Part shown: positions 14,060 to 27,967 of the stretch, in pieces
How positions within the stretch are numbered: the first letter of the stretch is position 1
Layout of the letters: every line of letters starts with the position of its first letter
Assembly (NCBI RefSeq): GCF_001194135.2
Contig: NC_068985.1
Location: forward strand, 106,942,191 to 107,006,190
DNA: 64,000 bases
Reading direction: 5' to 3'
Origin: Octopus bimaculoides
Taxonomy: Eukaryota
The notes under the pieces: generated by a model
The model's database searches: none
Told to the model about the DNA's origin: nothing
The model's input: the letters and a program-made list of their open reading frames with translations, nothing else
Program-made: the position numbers and the translations under genes

Positions 14060-14690
14060 GGTGAGGAGACACGACATTTTGCTTGTTGCTGATGATTCTC
14101 AGAACCATCACAGTGGCTTGGAATTTCGTATGCATGACCATTGGAACCTCATTCAGGTTTCTGCATAACCATGTCATTCCTTCAGTGTACCTTTTGGTCC
14201 TGACTGAAGTTTTCCTCCTTGGAGAAAAGCCAAAGCATTCCAGCCTCTTGGTGTTTTAATTTATTTAGCAAGACCTTTATATAGATTGAACAATTCTCTC
14301 TTGTCACATCCAATATAAACTGACCCTCCACATCAAACACAATTTATATCAGATGTCCTTATACACATCTCTTCTGATGGTACATTTTGAAATCTTCAAG
14401 TCCCTAGCAATGGCTCTGATTGCTTTTCTGGGGATTTTTATCAATATTTCTTGGACTCTTTGTACAAAGTTATGTGCTCTGACGTTATTAGGACCCTATG
14501 CATGTGTTTTGCATTTAACTACTAATGTCGGGGCCTTGTGATTAGCTTCCAGCTCCTTCCCAACTTTGACAACAAAGGATCTGGCAACTTTCAGGAATCA
14601 AGCTATCTCTGTATCTCCATGTTGTGCTTTTAAGGCAACAATTACAGTGAACCTTTTTATTTGCTGAGTCAACTTAATGGTTGATTTCAT
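14060..14690 (-). mobile_element. maT-type transposase N-terminal (HTH) remnant
   Basis: KRFTVIVALKAQHGDTEIA*FLKVARSFVVKV...LLNKLKHQEAGMLWLFSKEENFSQDQKV...HTK; overlaps in homology with the 10113 copy. Confidence 0.8.
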
Positions 14691-15269
14691 TAAGCTGAAA
14701 AGTAAAGTGAAAATAATAAGCTAGAAGAAAGAGCTGACACACTGTGTATATATATGTGTGTATATGTGTGTGTGTGTGCATGTATACACACACACACACG
14801 CACACACATATATATATATACATATACAGTATATATGATGTATATATATATACAGATGATATATATATATATATACAAAGTATGGGGGTTTAGTTCACAG
14901 ATGATCTAAACGATTAGGTGCACTAGTTAAGTGCTGTAACAGATCACGAGGGCTCCAAGGTTATAGCTGAGATGGTAATTATGGAGCCATTGCAAAATTA
15001 TATATATATATATATACACACACAGAAAGAGAGAGAGATTATATATTTATTGATAAATACACACACACATACACATACACACATGCACACACACTTCATA
15101 AACAGATGTCACTGGTCTCACAGTACTCAGTATGCAGTTTCACTTTAGCATAGTTTTTGGTCTTTGCCATTTTCTTTTCACTTTACATATTACATGTAGG
15201 AATGCAAAGAGAACTTTTATATCAAAAACAAAAAAAAAATGGTTTCAAAACATCAAAAATTCAAAATCG

Positions 15270-15301
<32 letters not shown>

Positions 15302-15409
15302 GTCCTTTTTATGCTGTAATATATTAGATGACTGCTTCATAATGACATTATTTATTAATAGAGTTGTTAATCTATGATTGAATAAAAATACCCTTTCGTT
15401 TCATTGGCA

Positions 15410-16050
15410 TGCAAATAACATATTTGGTTTTATCAAACTTTGTTCTTGGAGCTGAAATTTATGCAAAAGAAAATGATATTGACTTAAAAATTTTATTACT
15501 AATTGATAACATTCCAGCACATCCATGTGATTTAGAACACTCTAACATTAAAGTCCTATTCTTAACACCCGATATTACATCATTTATCCAACCGTTAAAT
15601 CAAAGCATAATTTGTAATTTTAAGAGAAATTATGTCAAATATCCATATAAAAAAATACTGATTGATATGGAAGAAAAGTGCTTAACCGTTTTAGAAGTAT
15701 GGAAAAATTATAATAATTTCCATTGTGTAGAGATAATTGCCATAGCAATTCATGAAATTAAGGAAGTCACCTGAAGTATATGTCAAAAAAGCACTTTTAT
15801 TGGGATTCATTCTGAATAGTAGGGATACAAAACAAAGAAAAAAGAAGAAGAAATCTAAACTCAAGCATAAATTAATATTGCCAATTCAATAAGAGGTGAA
15901 GTATTGGATGATTTAGTTGTTGAAGAAATTTAAAGTATATTTTTTTTAGAACAGAAATTGAATGAAGAAGATTTAGTTGACAGTCACCTTAACTATTAAT
16001 GATAAAAGTATGTGTGATTTTGATGAACCATTCTCACTGATATAATGAAG
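15410..16050 (+). mobile_element. pogo/Tigger-like DDE transposase remnant
   Basis: KILLLIDNIPAHP...IKVLFLTPDITSFIQPLNQSIICNFK resembles the DDE_1 core (LLxDNAPxH; FLPPNTTSxxQPLDQ). Confidence 0.85.
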
Positions 16051-16309
16051 ATTGAGGTGATTTTGATAGACTTGTGAATATAGATACATACATACACACA
16101 CATGCAAACACACACATAGTTTTATGTAAAAGGCAACCATGTTGGTGACACGTAAAAGGCATCTACTTCACTCATGGAGCACTTGGACCTATGTGAAATT
16201 AAATGTTTTGCACAAAAACACAATGCATTGCCTGGCCCTGGAATCGAAACCACAATCTTATGATCATGAGTGCAACACTCTAACTGCTAATCCATGTGCC
16301 TCCACACAT

Positions 16310-16530
16310 CATCATCATCATTTTCCATGCTGGCATGGGATGTACAGTTCAACAGGAGCTGGCCAGCTGAAGAGATGCTCAGGCACCATGTCTGTTTTGG
16401 CATAGTTTCTACAGCTGGATGCCCTTCCTAATGCAAACCACTCTACAGAGCGCACTGGGTACTTTTATGCAGTTCTAGCATGGGTGCTATTTAGTGACAC
16501 CAGTGCAAGTGCTTTTTACATGGCACTAAC
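16310..16530 (-). mobile_element. RTE-type 3' tail
   Basis: CCATGCTGGCATGG and CTACAGCTGGATGCCCTTCCTAATGC. Confidence 0.75.
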
Positions 16531-16713
16531 ACTCACAAGTCCGCAAGATGAGGAACACTTAGAGAGGGATAAAGGGGACATGCCTATATGTAAGGACAAC
16601 CATGCTTTTATGTAGGTGGACATGTTTTCTCAAGCACAACAAAGGGCCGTGAGTCTCAATCCCTAATCATCCCTCTGTGAAGCCCAATGTCTGAAGATCT
16701 TTTCTCACATCAA

Positions 16714-16758
<45 letters not shown>

Positions 16759-17682
16759 ATGTGTATGCATATGCTCCGTTGGATGTGTAATGTCAATGTG
16801 AATACCCGTCAGAGTGTAAGTATCTTGAGAGAAAAGCTGNNNNNNNNNNNNNNNNNNNNNNNNNNNNNNNNNNNNNNNNNNNNNNNNNNNNNNNNNNNNN
16901 NNNNNNNNNNNNNNNNNNNNNNNNNNNNNNNNNNNNNNNNNNNNNNNNNNNNNNNNNNNNNNNNNNNNNNNNNNNNNNNNNNNNNNNNNNNNNNNNNNNN
17001 NNNNNNNNNNNNNNNNNNNNNNNNNNNNNNNNNNNNNNNNNNNNNNNNNNNNNNNNNNNNNNNNNNNNNNNNNNNNNNNNNNNNNNNNNNNNNNNNNNNN
17101 NNNNNNNNNNNNNNNNNNNNNNNNNNNNNNNNNNNNNNNNNNNNNNNNNNNNNNNNNNNNNNNNNNNNNNNNNNNNNNNNNNNNNNNNNNNNNNNNNNNN
17201 NNNNNNNNNNNNNNNNNNNNNNNNNNNNNNNNNNNNNNNNNNNNNNNNNNNNNNNNNNNNNNNNNNNNNNNNNNNNNNNNNNNNNNNNNNNNNNNNNNNN
17301 NNNNNNNNNNNNNNNNNNNNNNNNNNNNNNNNNNNNNNNNNNNNNNNNNNNNNNNNNNNNNNNNNNNNNNNNNNNNNNNNNNNNNNNNNNNNNNNNNNNN
17401 NNNNNNNNNNNNNNNNNNNNNNNNNNNNNNNNNNNNNNNNNNNNNNNNNNNNNNNNNNNNNNNNNNNNNNNNNNNNNNNNNNNNNNNNNNNNNNNNNNNN
17501 NNNNNNNNNNNNNNNNNNNNNNNNNNNNNNNNNNNNNNNNNNNNNNNNNNNNNNNNNNNNNNNNNNNNNNNNNNNNNNNNNNNNNNNNNNNNNNNNNNNN
17601 NNNNNNNNNNNNNNNNNNNNNNNNNNNNNNNNNNNNNNNNNNNNNNNNNNNNNNNNNNNNNNNNNNNNNNNNNNNNNNNNNN

Positions 17683-17729
<47 letters not shown>

Positions 17730-17780
17730 TTGGTAAATCATAAATCTGAAAAAGAAGCACGCTCTAAGTTATAGAGCAGT

Positions 17781-18211
17781 ATAGATAAAGCCAGTCTATG
17801 GGATTACTCTGGGTTTCATATCCATAAAGTTCTTAGCTTTACAGCATATCATCAGACCCCAAAACCTGTTTGCACATGGCCTCTCTAGCAAGTGGCCTCT
17901 CAAGAAAATGGAAGAGGTAAAGACTTTGTTGCTCTATGTTCGCACTTTGTTACTTTATGTTGGCACTTCATAAAATTCCTGCTGGCATCCTGGGACCCAC
18001 ACAATAACAGTCAATTACAAATTACAGCCGAAGGGAGACGATCCCCTGTTGTTGACATAGTGTAACAGTCTTTTCCTCCTCCATTTTCTAGGGAGGCCAC
18101 TTCCTAGAGAGGCCATGAACCAACAGGTTTTGGGGTCTGATAATACCCTGTAAAGTTAAGCATTTTATGGACGTGAAACTCAACGTAATCCCATAGACCA
18201 GCCTTATCTAT
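17781..18211. mobile_element. MITE-like foldback element with about 133-bp arms
   Basis: 17781-17914 is about 78% identical to the reverse complement of 18078-18211; about 160-bp core. Confidence 0.8.
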
Positions 18212-18216
18212 CTTCA

Positions 18217-18312
<96 letters not shown>

Positions 18313-19577
18313 CACACATATTTGCAAGTAAGTTATACATATATATACATACATATCATGTATGTATATATATATATATATGCATACATACACACACGCG
18401 CACGCATACATAAATAAATATATATGCATTCAATCATTCATGCATAAACAAGCACATCATCAACACATGCACAGACCAATAAGAGATGTAGAGATGTGTG
18501 TGTGTGTGTGTAGTTTATATTTATGTACGTTTGTGTGTGTGTGTGTGATTGTGCGTATGTGTGGGTGTGTGTATGTGTGTGTGCATGGCTATTAACATGC
18601 ACACCACAAGCCTTTGATTCATTTAACTTCTGACTATTTACCATCTAATTAAGACTCTTGTTTTCTCATTATTACACTACACCACCACCTACACTTGTCA
18701 AGCTGCCCTCTTCTACTCTCACTCACACCCATCCAAATTCCACTCCACACACACACTCTGCACATCTCCACCTCCACTCTCTTCCCTTGTTCTCCCACCA
18801 TCCTGCACCAACTAGTCTATAAGTAAGTATTATGTGTACCCTCAATGTTTTACAATCATCCGACACACATGAACCATCCTTTAATTAACTGAGCTGTTAT
18901 TTTTCTCTGCTGTGTCTATTATCTTAAGGCATCACTGTCTTATGCAAATCTACTTGTCATTGACATTATACTGAAACCAGATGGACATTAACAGTACATT
19001 TGCTTGGCAAGGGGTATTTAAAATGTTACAACAATTGCTTTTGTTTTCCAGTGTGTTTCATTTGATGCCCTCCTTTCTTTCTTCTTTTAACCTTCTGACC
19101 TTCCTGCTTATATATCATAACATGGATTGACAAAAAACACAATATATAGACACTTATGACATACCATGTCATATCAACAATTAAGATTTCAAATTTAAAG
19201 GACATTTAGCAATTGGAGAAGGGATCAAATCTTACAGCTGTTTCGGCCTATCGTTGGCATGCCCCATTCTATCTCTATAGCTTTCATAGGCTCACACACA
19301 TACACATGAACATGTGTATATATGTATGTGTGTATGTGTATATTGAAGTGTTTGTGTGTATCCTTGTCTAGTCATGACTGTAAACAAACATCACTGTCAC
19401 ACAAGTGATGTTCACTTCTAGTCTTCCATGAAAAACATGTCTGGCTAAGGGGAATATTACCTTGCTTGGAGACAGGAAAGATTCAGTGACAGGAGGAGCA
19501 TCCAGGTGTTGAAAATTTGCTTCTAAGAATTCTGTTTGTTCCATGCAAGCATAGCAAAATGGGCATTAAAACAATGG

Positions 19578-20275
19578 GAACTCAAGGCAATCCAATGTCA
19601 CTATACAAAAAGAGTGACTCAGTGCAACAGATGTACCACTGGGAGAGGCTCTACTCGCTGGAAAGAAAATGCAAGAAATATGCAGTGATATATATATTGG
19701 GTCATCCCATAAATAATGCAGTTTTTTTTCAATTGCATGAAGTAAAAGTTGGAGGGGGATGAGATGAACTATCTACATCAACTTGCAGGTAGTAATTTTA
19801 TCATGTATCTATTCTTAGTGCAAGTTTTAAAGAGTCCCCAATTTTATCAGTTATTTTTCCAAAGCTATAATGGAAGTGACAAAGGGACATATTTTAATTT
19901 ATGAGTTCAATAAAGGCAACACTGTAATGGAAAGTGCAAGGAATATTAATGAAGTATGTGGAGATTGGACAATAAGCAAAAGCCAGTGTCAACAGTGGTT
20001 CCAGGCTAAATTGAGATTGAAAACTACACCAACCACCAAACTAGACATCACTACATAGTACCAAAGATCCCATCCTTTCCATCTAGAGTAAGGACCCAGT
20101 ATTGTAACAACTGAGGTTTGAAGAACCTGCAACCTTTCAAGACTCTGCTGAAAACCTCAGAGATATGTAAGGTGTAGATGTGAATGTTTTCAAAGAACAT
20201 TTGGAGAAATTTCTGTCTGCGGTACCAGATGAACCCACATTGCAGCAGGAAATACAAAGAAAAATACCTCTATTT
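19578..20275 (+). mobile_element. CR1/L2-type LINE RT C-terminal fragment, interrupted by a mariner
   Basis: ELKAIQCHYTK...WERLYSLERKCKKYAVIYI, insertion, then IENYTN...YIVPKIPSFPSRVRTQYCN...VPDEPT; collinear with the 37390-37850 copy. Confidence 0.8.
19694..20003 (+). mobile_element. Mariner 5' end (TIR and HTH), truncated
   Basis: TA then TTGGGTCATCCCATAAATAATGCAGTTTT (mariner-like TIR); HILIYEFNKGNTVMESARNINEVCGDWTISKSQCQQWF. Confidence 0.8.
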
Positions 20276-20861
20276 GACTTGTTATTTCACCAGAAATAGT
20301 TCCAGAGAGAAAGCCAAGTAATGAGTGTGAGATAAAAACCAATCACATTAAATGTGACGCTCTGGCATGGCCACAGCCTCTGGCATGGCCACAGCCTCTG
20401 GCTTAAAAGAGTAGAGATAAAAAGATAAAAGATACACACACACACTCACTTATATGTGTAATAAAATGAAGCTGTGTATATTGATATTTAACAACTATGT
20501 GTACATTCAATCATGAAAAGATTTTACTGCAATAATTGTCTGAAAGAAATTCTTTGCATAGGCATAAAGTCTTTAAATGATGTCATTGAAATGTAAGATT
20601 CATGTTTCTGTGTGATTACACTTCATCAATTACAGACACTGATTTGGTTGTCCACAGTCCTATGTAAGAAGAGCTGCCATTCTTTAATATAAACAGCAAA
20701 AAATATATTTGTTGGAGTGTGCTAAGCTCAGTCAAGCTGAAATTAATTAAAAGCACACTAACCAAAATCAAAATCAAATAAAGCTGTCTAAAGCTCATGT
20801 GTGCTTTGGATAATTTCCTCTCCAAGAAAATTATATGTGCATATGTATGTTAACCAAAGCA

Positions 20862-21069
20862 TACAGTATCATAGATCCATTTCAGCTCATCTTACCAATT
20901 AGACTCGCACTGGCTATTAGATAACAGTGTAATTATGAAATAGCCAGTGCTATTACAGGGCAGTTACCTAATATAACATGGCAGTTACATAATAGCCATG
21001 CATTCCTCAGAGATGGCAGGTTTGGAAACCTATTGGTAAGATCAGCTGGAATGGATCTATAATACTGTA
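20862..21069. mobile_element. MITE, TA-bounded, 38-bp TIRs
   Basis: 20862-20899 matches the reverse complement of 21032-21069 at 35/38; internal 12-bp inverted repeat GCACTGGCTATT/AATAGCCAGTGC. Confidence 0.85.
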
Positions 21070-21284
21070 TACTTTGATAATATACCCACTCTGATAATAA
21101 ATATAGGAATGCACCTTTTCTCTGACATATGAATTCTTAGGTAACTGTGTGTGTGTGTGTGCGTGTATGTGTGTGTGTGTGTGTTTGTGTTTGTGTATGT
21201 GTGTGTATGCATGCATGCATGTATGTACATATATATAGTTATGCATGTGTTTGTGTGCGTGTGTGTTGTGTGTGTGCGTGTGTG

Positions 21285-21318
<34 letters not shown>

Positions 21319-21911
21319 CTTTGCTGATACATTTAAACAAATGACAAAAACATCAGTGAAATAAAACTAAGACAGGAAATAAAAAAAAAACAGTGTTTAT
21401 AAATGAAGTTCCTTGTGATATTTGTTCTACATCAAGTTATTGACACTCCCTTGCCTCAATCATCATCAGAAATATGTGAACCAGTGACTGACCTACAAGA
21501 AAAATCTTGTAACTGATGATGCTAGTAATTGGGATATAAAATTAAAATAAATGAATAAATACATGTGCTTTAATTAAATGACCTACATATCTTCCCCAGC
21601 TCTCAGTGTCTTCACCATTTCTTGGCTGCTATAATCAAAGAAGAGCTCTTCAGTAGGAAATATAAATAACTTCAGTGTTATTATATAAGTCATATTTCTG
21701 ACCAGATGATGGACACTTATAATAACAGGCTGTAATGTCTCTCACTTCAGCTGTGTTAAGTTGCTGTTCATAATCCTGGAGTTGGTAGGGACTGGAGGAG
21801 TTAGTCTTAATAATAATCTTGGTACTGGTGAGAATGTTGCCAGTCGTGATGATGCTGGGTTGATAGTGCAAGAGTTAGTGATGGTGGTTGTTGGTAGAGA
21901 TGATGGTGTTG

Positions 21912-21946
<35 letters not shown>

Positions 21947-22714
21947 GGTGGTGGTGGTGGTGGTGATGATGAGAGTGTTGGGGACATAGGGATTATTCGA
22001 TAACAATGAGTATTGTTGTATTGTCAGACATGACACTAAATCTCACCCCTGTGGTATCTACAATAAGATGATTGGTGTTGTGTATAAAGGTTTGAACACA
22101 GCTAATTTCTCTTGGAGAGAAGCAGGTTGTTGATCTTTTATCATGTTTATATATGCATGTAAGTATGNNNNNNNNNNNNNNNNNNNNNNNNNNNNNNNNN
22201 NNNNNNNNNNNNNNNNNNNNNNNNNNNNNNNNNNNNNNNNNNNNNNNNNNNNNNNNNNNNNNNNNNNNNNNNNNNNNNNNNNNNNNNNNNNNNNNNNNNN
22301 NNNNNNNNNNNNNNNNNNNNNNNNNNNNNNNNNNNNNNNNNNNNNNNNNNNNNNNNNNNNNNNNNNNNNNNNNNNNNNNNNNNNNNNNNNNNNNNNNNNN
22401 NNNNNNNNNNNNNNNNNNNNNNNNNNNNNNNNNNNNNNNNNNNNNNNNNNNNNNNNNNNNNNNNNNNNNNNNNNNNNNNNNNNNNNNNNNNNNNNNNNNN
22501 NNNNNNNNNNNNNNNNNNNNNNNNNNNNNNNNNNNNNNNNNNNNNNNNNNNNNNNNNNNNNNNNNNNNNNNNNNNNNNNNNNNNNNNNNNNNNNNNNNNN
22601 NNNNNNNNNNNNNNNNNNNNNNNNNNNNNNNNNNNNNNNNNNNNNNNNNNNNNNNNNNNNNNNNNNNNNNNNNNNNNNNNNNNNNNNNNNNNNNNNNNNN
22701 NNNNNNNNNNNNNN

Positions 22715-22992
22715 CCTAAAGTTCCACGAGGATCCGGCAGGGGATGGTGGCGAACCCTGCTGTACTCTTTCATCACAATTTTCTCTCACTCTTTCTTCCT
22801 GTTTCTGTTGTGCCTGTAATTCAAAGGGCCAGCCTTGTCACACTCTGTATCATGCTGAATCTCCCTGAGAACTACGTTAAGGGTACACGTGTCTGTGGAG
22901 TGCTCAGCCACTTGCACGTTAATTTCACGAGCAGGCTGTTCCGTTGATCGGATCAACTGGAACCCTCATCTTCGTAACAACGGAGTGCCAAC
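22715..22992 (+). mobile_element. Family B SINE, head lost in gap
   Basis: Highly similar to the reverse complement of 7524-7800. Confidence 0.85.
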
Positions 22993-23079
22993 ATATATAT
23001 ATATATATCACAAGTCCGCTTAACACTGTGTGGTGACCACAACTGAGAGCAATATATATATAATATATATATATATATT

Positions 23080-23810
23080 GTAGCAGTTGACTATGATGCT
23101 GCTACACCAGTTATTGGGTATGACTCCTTCATGAACCACCTGATTTACAATACAGGTGACTAGACCATAACCCACACCACCAGATATTTTAAGCATCTCA
23201 GCAGTGATTCTTGATGGGCTGGGGGCTTTCCCTGTTTTCATATCCTTAATTGTTTTATCTACCAGGGTACTGTCAATTCGGGTAGCTGGTCCCTCAGTTG
23301 GGTCAACATTCGGCAGACTTTCTTCCTCCCATTCATTCTCCATGTTCAGCAGTCTTTCATTATGGTATATCCAAGTCTCTTTCTTTGAAGACTCATTAAA
23401 AGTAAGTGTGCCATCATCCATGCAGACACATTTTTCTCAGATGACATCACAATATTCTATCACACACTGTCTTGCAATCCGAAATACTTCAGTTCGTTGG
23501 TCCTTCTTTTTTTGCTTCTCCCTTGGCTAGATATACCTATCTCCTAGCTTACCTTCTGGCTATCTGACACAGTTCCCTGCTGCTGCCACTCTTCCAGACC
23601 TTCCAGGCCTGTTTTTCGCTGTAATGGCTCTGTCTATGGTATTGTTCCACCACCATGTTACCCTAGGTCTGGAAGGGACTTTTCACCACCCATGGATTTA
23701 GTCTGTGGCACTCAGCAAGCTATCCTACAGGAATTCCCAGTTGCCCTCTATGTCACAAGTTTGTAGCTGCTCCTCCTTCTCATCAAATTTCTCAATTAGG
23801 ATGTCCCTAT
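23080..23810 (-). mobile_element. RTE LINE fragment (pre-RT and RT N-terminus)
   Basis: ERLLNMENEW...IKDMKTGKAPSPSRITAEMLK...GVIPNNWCSSIIVNCY. Confidence 0.9.
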
Positions 23811-24259
23811 ATATATATAGATAACATTCTTAAGTTTTTTAAAAATACAGCTTTTCAAGTGAACATATCAAACATCTTTTTTTTGACTGTGTAAGTTTTT
23901 TCTTTATGTCTGTATTTAAAAAAAATACATTTTAGTAGAAATTGAAGATAACCCACCAAACACACCATAAATCATTCCAGTGTTGGTTTATGAAACTTTT
24001 ATGCACTGGTTATATTTCCTGTGAAGATTATTATCTCCCCTGTGCTTCTCTCTGTCTTTTTCTGAATGTGTGTGCTCATTCTAACATCAATTGCAATGAA
24101 AGCAATAACCAAACTAGGTGAAATAAATCAATATTTTGGCCAGGAAACCCAGGGTCGCTATATGTCACAAGGTTTTTTGTGGTTTTTATTATAACACCTG
24201 TACTCTCTTAACTGGTTGAATGCTATACTACTTGTTGAAACATTACCTCCCAGTATGTA

Positions 24260-24775
24260 TCATCATCATCATCATCATCATCATTGTCTAACATCCGCTT
24301 TCCATGCTGGCATGGGCTGGACAGTTTGACTGAGGACTGGTGAGCCAGAAGGCTGCACCAGGCTCAATCTGATCTGGCAAAGTTTCTACAGCTGGATGCC
24401 CTTCCTAATGCCAACCACTTTGAGAATGTAGTGGGTGCTTTTACGTGCCACCAGCATGAGGGCCTGTCAGGCGGTTCTGGCAATGACCACACTCAAAAGG
24501 TGTTTTTACATGCTACCTGCATAGGAGCCAGTTCGGCGGCACTGGCAATGACCACGCTCGAATGTTGTTTTTCATGTGCCACCGGCATATGTGCCACCGG
24601 CATATGTGCCACCGGCATATGTGCCACCGGCATATGTGCCACCGGCATATGTGCCACCGGCATATGTGCCACCGGCATATGTGCCGGTAAGGCGATGCTG
24701 GCAACGATCACGCTCAAATGGTGCTTTCCACGTGTCACCAGCATGGGAGCCAGTGCTGGTGTATCTCAGGCAACA
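24260..24775 (-). mobile_element. RTE 3' UTR/tail containing a 15-bp tandem array
   Basis: Tail motif plus (ATGTGCCACCGGCAT)x7 at 24574-24678. Confidence 0.85.
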
Positions 24776-25355
24776 TGGTTATAACCAACAAATTTCATCT
24801 GACCCATGCAAGCATGGAAAAGTAGATGTTGAAATGACAATGATATTGATGATGATGATGATATCAGTTTCATCCTCCTCATCATTTAATGTTTGTTTTC
24901 CATGGTGGCTTAAGTTGGACAGTCTGGTGAGATCTGTCAAACTCCAGTATCTGCTATCTTATGATCCCTATGGCTGTATGAATTTCCTAATGCTAACCAC
25001 TTTACACAATGTACTGGATGCTTTATGGCACCAGCATTAGTAAGGTCACCAAGTTACTTGCAAGACAAAGAAAAAAAACCCTTGATTGAGTGGGGTTCTA
25101 ACAGATAGGGAAGTGGCTTTATGCCAGTTCTTGCAAGGTTAATGTATGATACAGGGGCAGGCACAGGTCTCGTGCTATAGAGGAGATACATAGCTCCCTT
25201 GTATTAATATAAGGGTAGGTGAGAGTAACTAGAAATAAGACAATAATGATAGTGAGATGTCAGAGCATACTCTCAAGATACAAGAAGGCAAGTATGATAG
25301 AATATTTATGCACATGTGTGTAAATGTGTGTGCATGTGCATGTGTGCGTGCGTGC

Positions 25356-25396
<41 letters not shown>

Positions 25397-25404
25397 TGCA
25401 TCTT

Positions 25405-25627
25405 TTATATTTCACTTGTTTCAGTCATTTGAGTGTGGCCATGCTGGGGCACCACCTTGAAGGGTTTTTGTCAAACAAATTGACTTCAAGACTTGTTTTT
25501 TTTAAACCTAGTATTTATCTTATTGGTTTCTTGCTGAAGTGCTAAGTTACAGGGATGTAAACACACCAACATCAGATGTCAAGCCATGGTGGGGGACAAA
25601 CACAGGCACAAAGACACACTTACATAG

Positions 25628-25682
<55 letters not shown>

Positions 25683-25855
25683 CACATATGAGATGAGCTT
25701 CTTCCAGTTTCTGTCCACCAGATCCACTCACAAGGCTTTGGTTGACCCAAGATTATTGTAGAAGACACTTGCCCAAGGTGTCATGCAGCAGAATTGAACC
25801 TGGAACTATGTGGTAGGGGAAGCGAGCTTCATACCACATAGCCACTCCTACGCCT
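25405..25855 (-). mobile_element. Family A SINE, full length
   Basis: Head AGGCGTAGGAGTGGCT on the minus strand, (CA)n centre and tail. Confidence 0.85.
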
Positions 25856-26025
25856 ATTTGTACATGTGTGTTTTAATTAATTAATTAAGAAATAAACAGC
25901 ATTCATTCTTTGCAGTATATTTATAATGCGATGTAAGCTAAACCTTTTTAGCAACACTGTGGTGCAGCCATTCTTTTGTGATAGCTGTAAAGAAACTGTC
26001 TTTGTGTGTTTTCAATTTCTTTTCA

Positions 26026-26087
<62 letters not shown>

Positions 26088-26430
26088 AATAAATGAATAA
26101 ATAAATAAATTTATCATATAGTTTAGAATGAATGCAGTTGAGTACAATACTAATTCATTCATTTGAATAAGTTGCCAGCGAAGCACTATTTATACAAATC
26201 ACACAAACCATTGGAGCAAAATCACTACATTTAGTGACAATATTTAGCTATTAACCATCTTTCTCTTTGTGACCAAATCAAATGGTATTTTATCTCCGAT
26301 GGGAATCAAAGAAGATTCAAAACCAGTCAGGTAGCTTTATTTTCACTATTCACAAGAAGAAAGAAAAAAAGATGAAGATGGGTATGGTATGCTGTTAAAA
26401 TGCTTTACTTTGCATCACTACAGATATAGG

Positions 26431-26464
<34 letters not shown>

Positions 26465-26869
26465 TATTTTAAATTATTTAAAATTATAATACAGGGTATC
26501 AAGAGATACCACCACGCTGAAAAAATAGCAGTCAAATCCTGACTCTAAAACCACAATAAATGTCCGCATGGCACAATTATATATATGTATATATATGTAT
26601 ATATATATGTATATATATATATATACATATTGTATTTTACTTGTTTCAGTCATTAGACATGGCCAGGCTCGGGTACTGCCTTGAAGAAATCTTTCAGTCA
26701 AATGAATTGATGCTTTTACTTATTTTCCTTTTTTAAGCCTGATACTTACTCTATCAATATCTTTTGCCGAACTACTAAGTTATGGGGACATAAACACACC
26801 AACACTGCTTGTCAAGCAGTGGTAGGACACCCACAGACCACATACACCTATATGCTAGTGTCACATGAG

Positions 26870-27140
26870 TGGCCTGTTTAAAAGTACCCTTCAATCGTTG
26901 GGCAATATGTTGTGCTTGAGAAAACCTGTTGAGTCAAGCAAAATCATAGTCGTGGCTGAGGCCAGTGCTGCTTGATTGGTACCTGTGCCAGTAGCACATA
27001 AAAAGCACCATTCGAGCATGGTTGATGTCAGTGCCACCTGACTGGCTCCCTTGCTGATGACATGTAAAAAGCACCCACTACACTTTCAGAGTGGTTAACG
27101 TTAGGAAGGGCAACCAGCTGTAGAAACATTGCCAGATCAG
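26870..27140 (+). mobile_element. RTE 3' UTR fragment
   Basis: Homologous to 60790-60947 and to the tail motif GTTAGGAAGGGCAACCAGCTGTAG. Confidence 0.75.
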
Positions 27141-27403
27141 ATTGAAATTCCAATGAAGGAGCCTTGAATCTAGATTAGAAACTGAGTCTTTCTATATTGG
27201 CAAGAAATCTTGAAATAAAACTGAATAATGACATACGGAGATGTGTGTGTGTCTATGTATATATGCCGTTCACATATTACATACACACATGTACACATGT
27301 CATCACACAAGCATAAAATATGACATGATACACATGATAGAGTTGAAATTAAAAAAATTTTTTAATAATATAGCAAGTCACCGGACCAACTCAAAACAAG
27401 CTC

Positions 27404-27441
<38 letters not shown>

Positions 27442-27967
27442 TCGGCAACAACAGACCTGTCATCATATAGTTCACTACAACATTTAATAAATGGAACTAA
27501 ATAGGAAAATGAAATATCCAGAAACAACATGGGAACTAGATTGAAATCCAGTTGAAAAAAGGATAAAAACCCAACTTATCTAAGTGTCNNNNNNNNNNNN
27601 NNNNNNNNNNNNNNNNNNNNNNNNNNNNNNNNNNNNNNNNNNNNNNNNNNNNNNNNNNNNNNNNNNNNNNNNNNNNNNNNNNNNNNNNNNNNNNNNNNNN
27701 NNNNNNNNNNNNNNNNNNNNNNNNNNNNNNNNNNNNNNNNNNNNNNNNNNNNNNNNNNNTTTTTCATTTTTCTGTTTGTTTGGTCTTAGTTTAAATAGCT
27801 TTTATTTTATTATAAATATTTTCCAGGAATGAAAATTCAACAAAATATGTTCTGGCATCACTTTTCATTTATTTTTTTATTTATTATTTTGATTATATTC
27901 TCTCTTCTATTTTATTCTTTTCTATGCTCTTTATATTTCTTCTTGATTATATATATATACTCTTTTA

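Noticed and set aside
24431-25040. Repeat proteins (ATGIC)n, (PPAYV)n and (HICRW)n
   Set aside because: Translations of the 15-bp minisatellite in a LINE 3' UTR; open in several frames by construction.
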